Assembly: GCA_951406725.2 (NCBI GenBank)
Contig: OX597816.1
Location: 58,900,001 to 58,964,000, forward strand
Direction of reading: 5' to 3'
DNA from: Octopus vulgaris
Lineage: Eukaryota
Length of the DNA: 64,000 nucleotides
The notes under the pieces: generated by a model
Database searches by the model: none
The model's input: only the letters and a program-made list of their open reading frames with translations
Told to the model about the DNA's origin: nothing
Part shown: piece by piece, positions 63,826-64,000 of the stretch
Position numbering within the stretch: position 1 is the first letter of the stretch
Layout of the letters: each line of letters begins with the position of its first letter
Translations under genes and position numbers: made by a program

Positions 63826-64000
63826 GAGTGAGAGAGCAGTTCATGCCATCAAAGTGACACTGGGGTAAAATATACGAAGCCCAATATTCCCATCATGACT
63901 ACCCGTCTGATAAGGGCACACCAGGCACATGCATCACAACCATATGTGCGCGACATGGTGATCTCATATCAAGATAAACAGCACATGACCTTGCAGGTGG

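Noticed and set aside
63826-64000. Possible LINE 3' end inserted in (TAA)n
   Set aside because: Truncated by the window edge with no coding evidence; family cannot be supported

Overview
Eukaryotic, microsatellite-rich (TA/TG/TATG/GATA) genomic DNA. The repeat repertoire looks like an octopus/cephalopod genome (inference, not verified). The only confidently identified host gene is the 5' end of TELO2 (minus strand; coding exons 2389-2804 and 310-507, canonical splice sites, phases match). A possible orphan first exon lies at 52653-52747. The rest is a transposon mosaic: four tRNA-derived SINE families, RTE, CR1 and Penelope-like remnants, Tc1/mariner fragments and MITEs, and Helitron-like elements. 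Most ORFs in the track are simple-repeat artefacts. Two systems stand out. (1) ORF1-only (RRM + zinc knuckle + unknown C-terminal domain, no RT or endonuclease) L1/Tx1-like retroelements. Two were inserted in tandem at the same 16-bp site in a SINE tRNA head (three target copies, 38289-41169). A third, distant relative (43195-44845) shares its 3' tail with another SINE family. (2) At least six unrelated repeat families carry type I hammerhead ribozyme folds. Two of them form 355-nt and 469-nt retrozyme-like circularly permuted units with inverted copies whose junctions fall at or near the predicted cleavage site. All family assignments are by-eye motif recognition; no searches were run.
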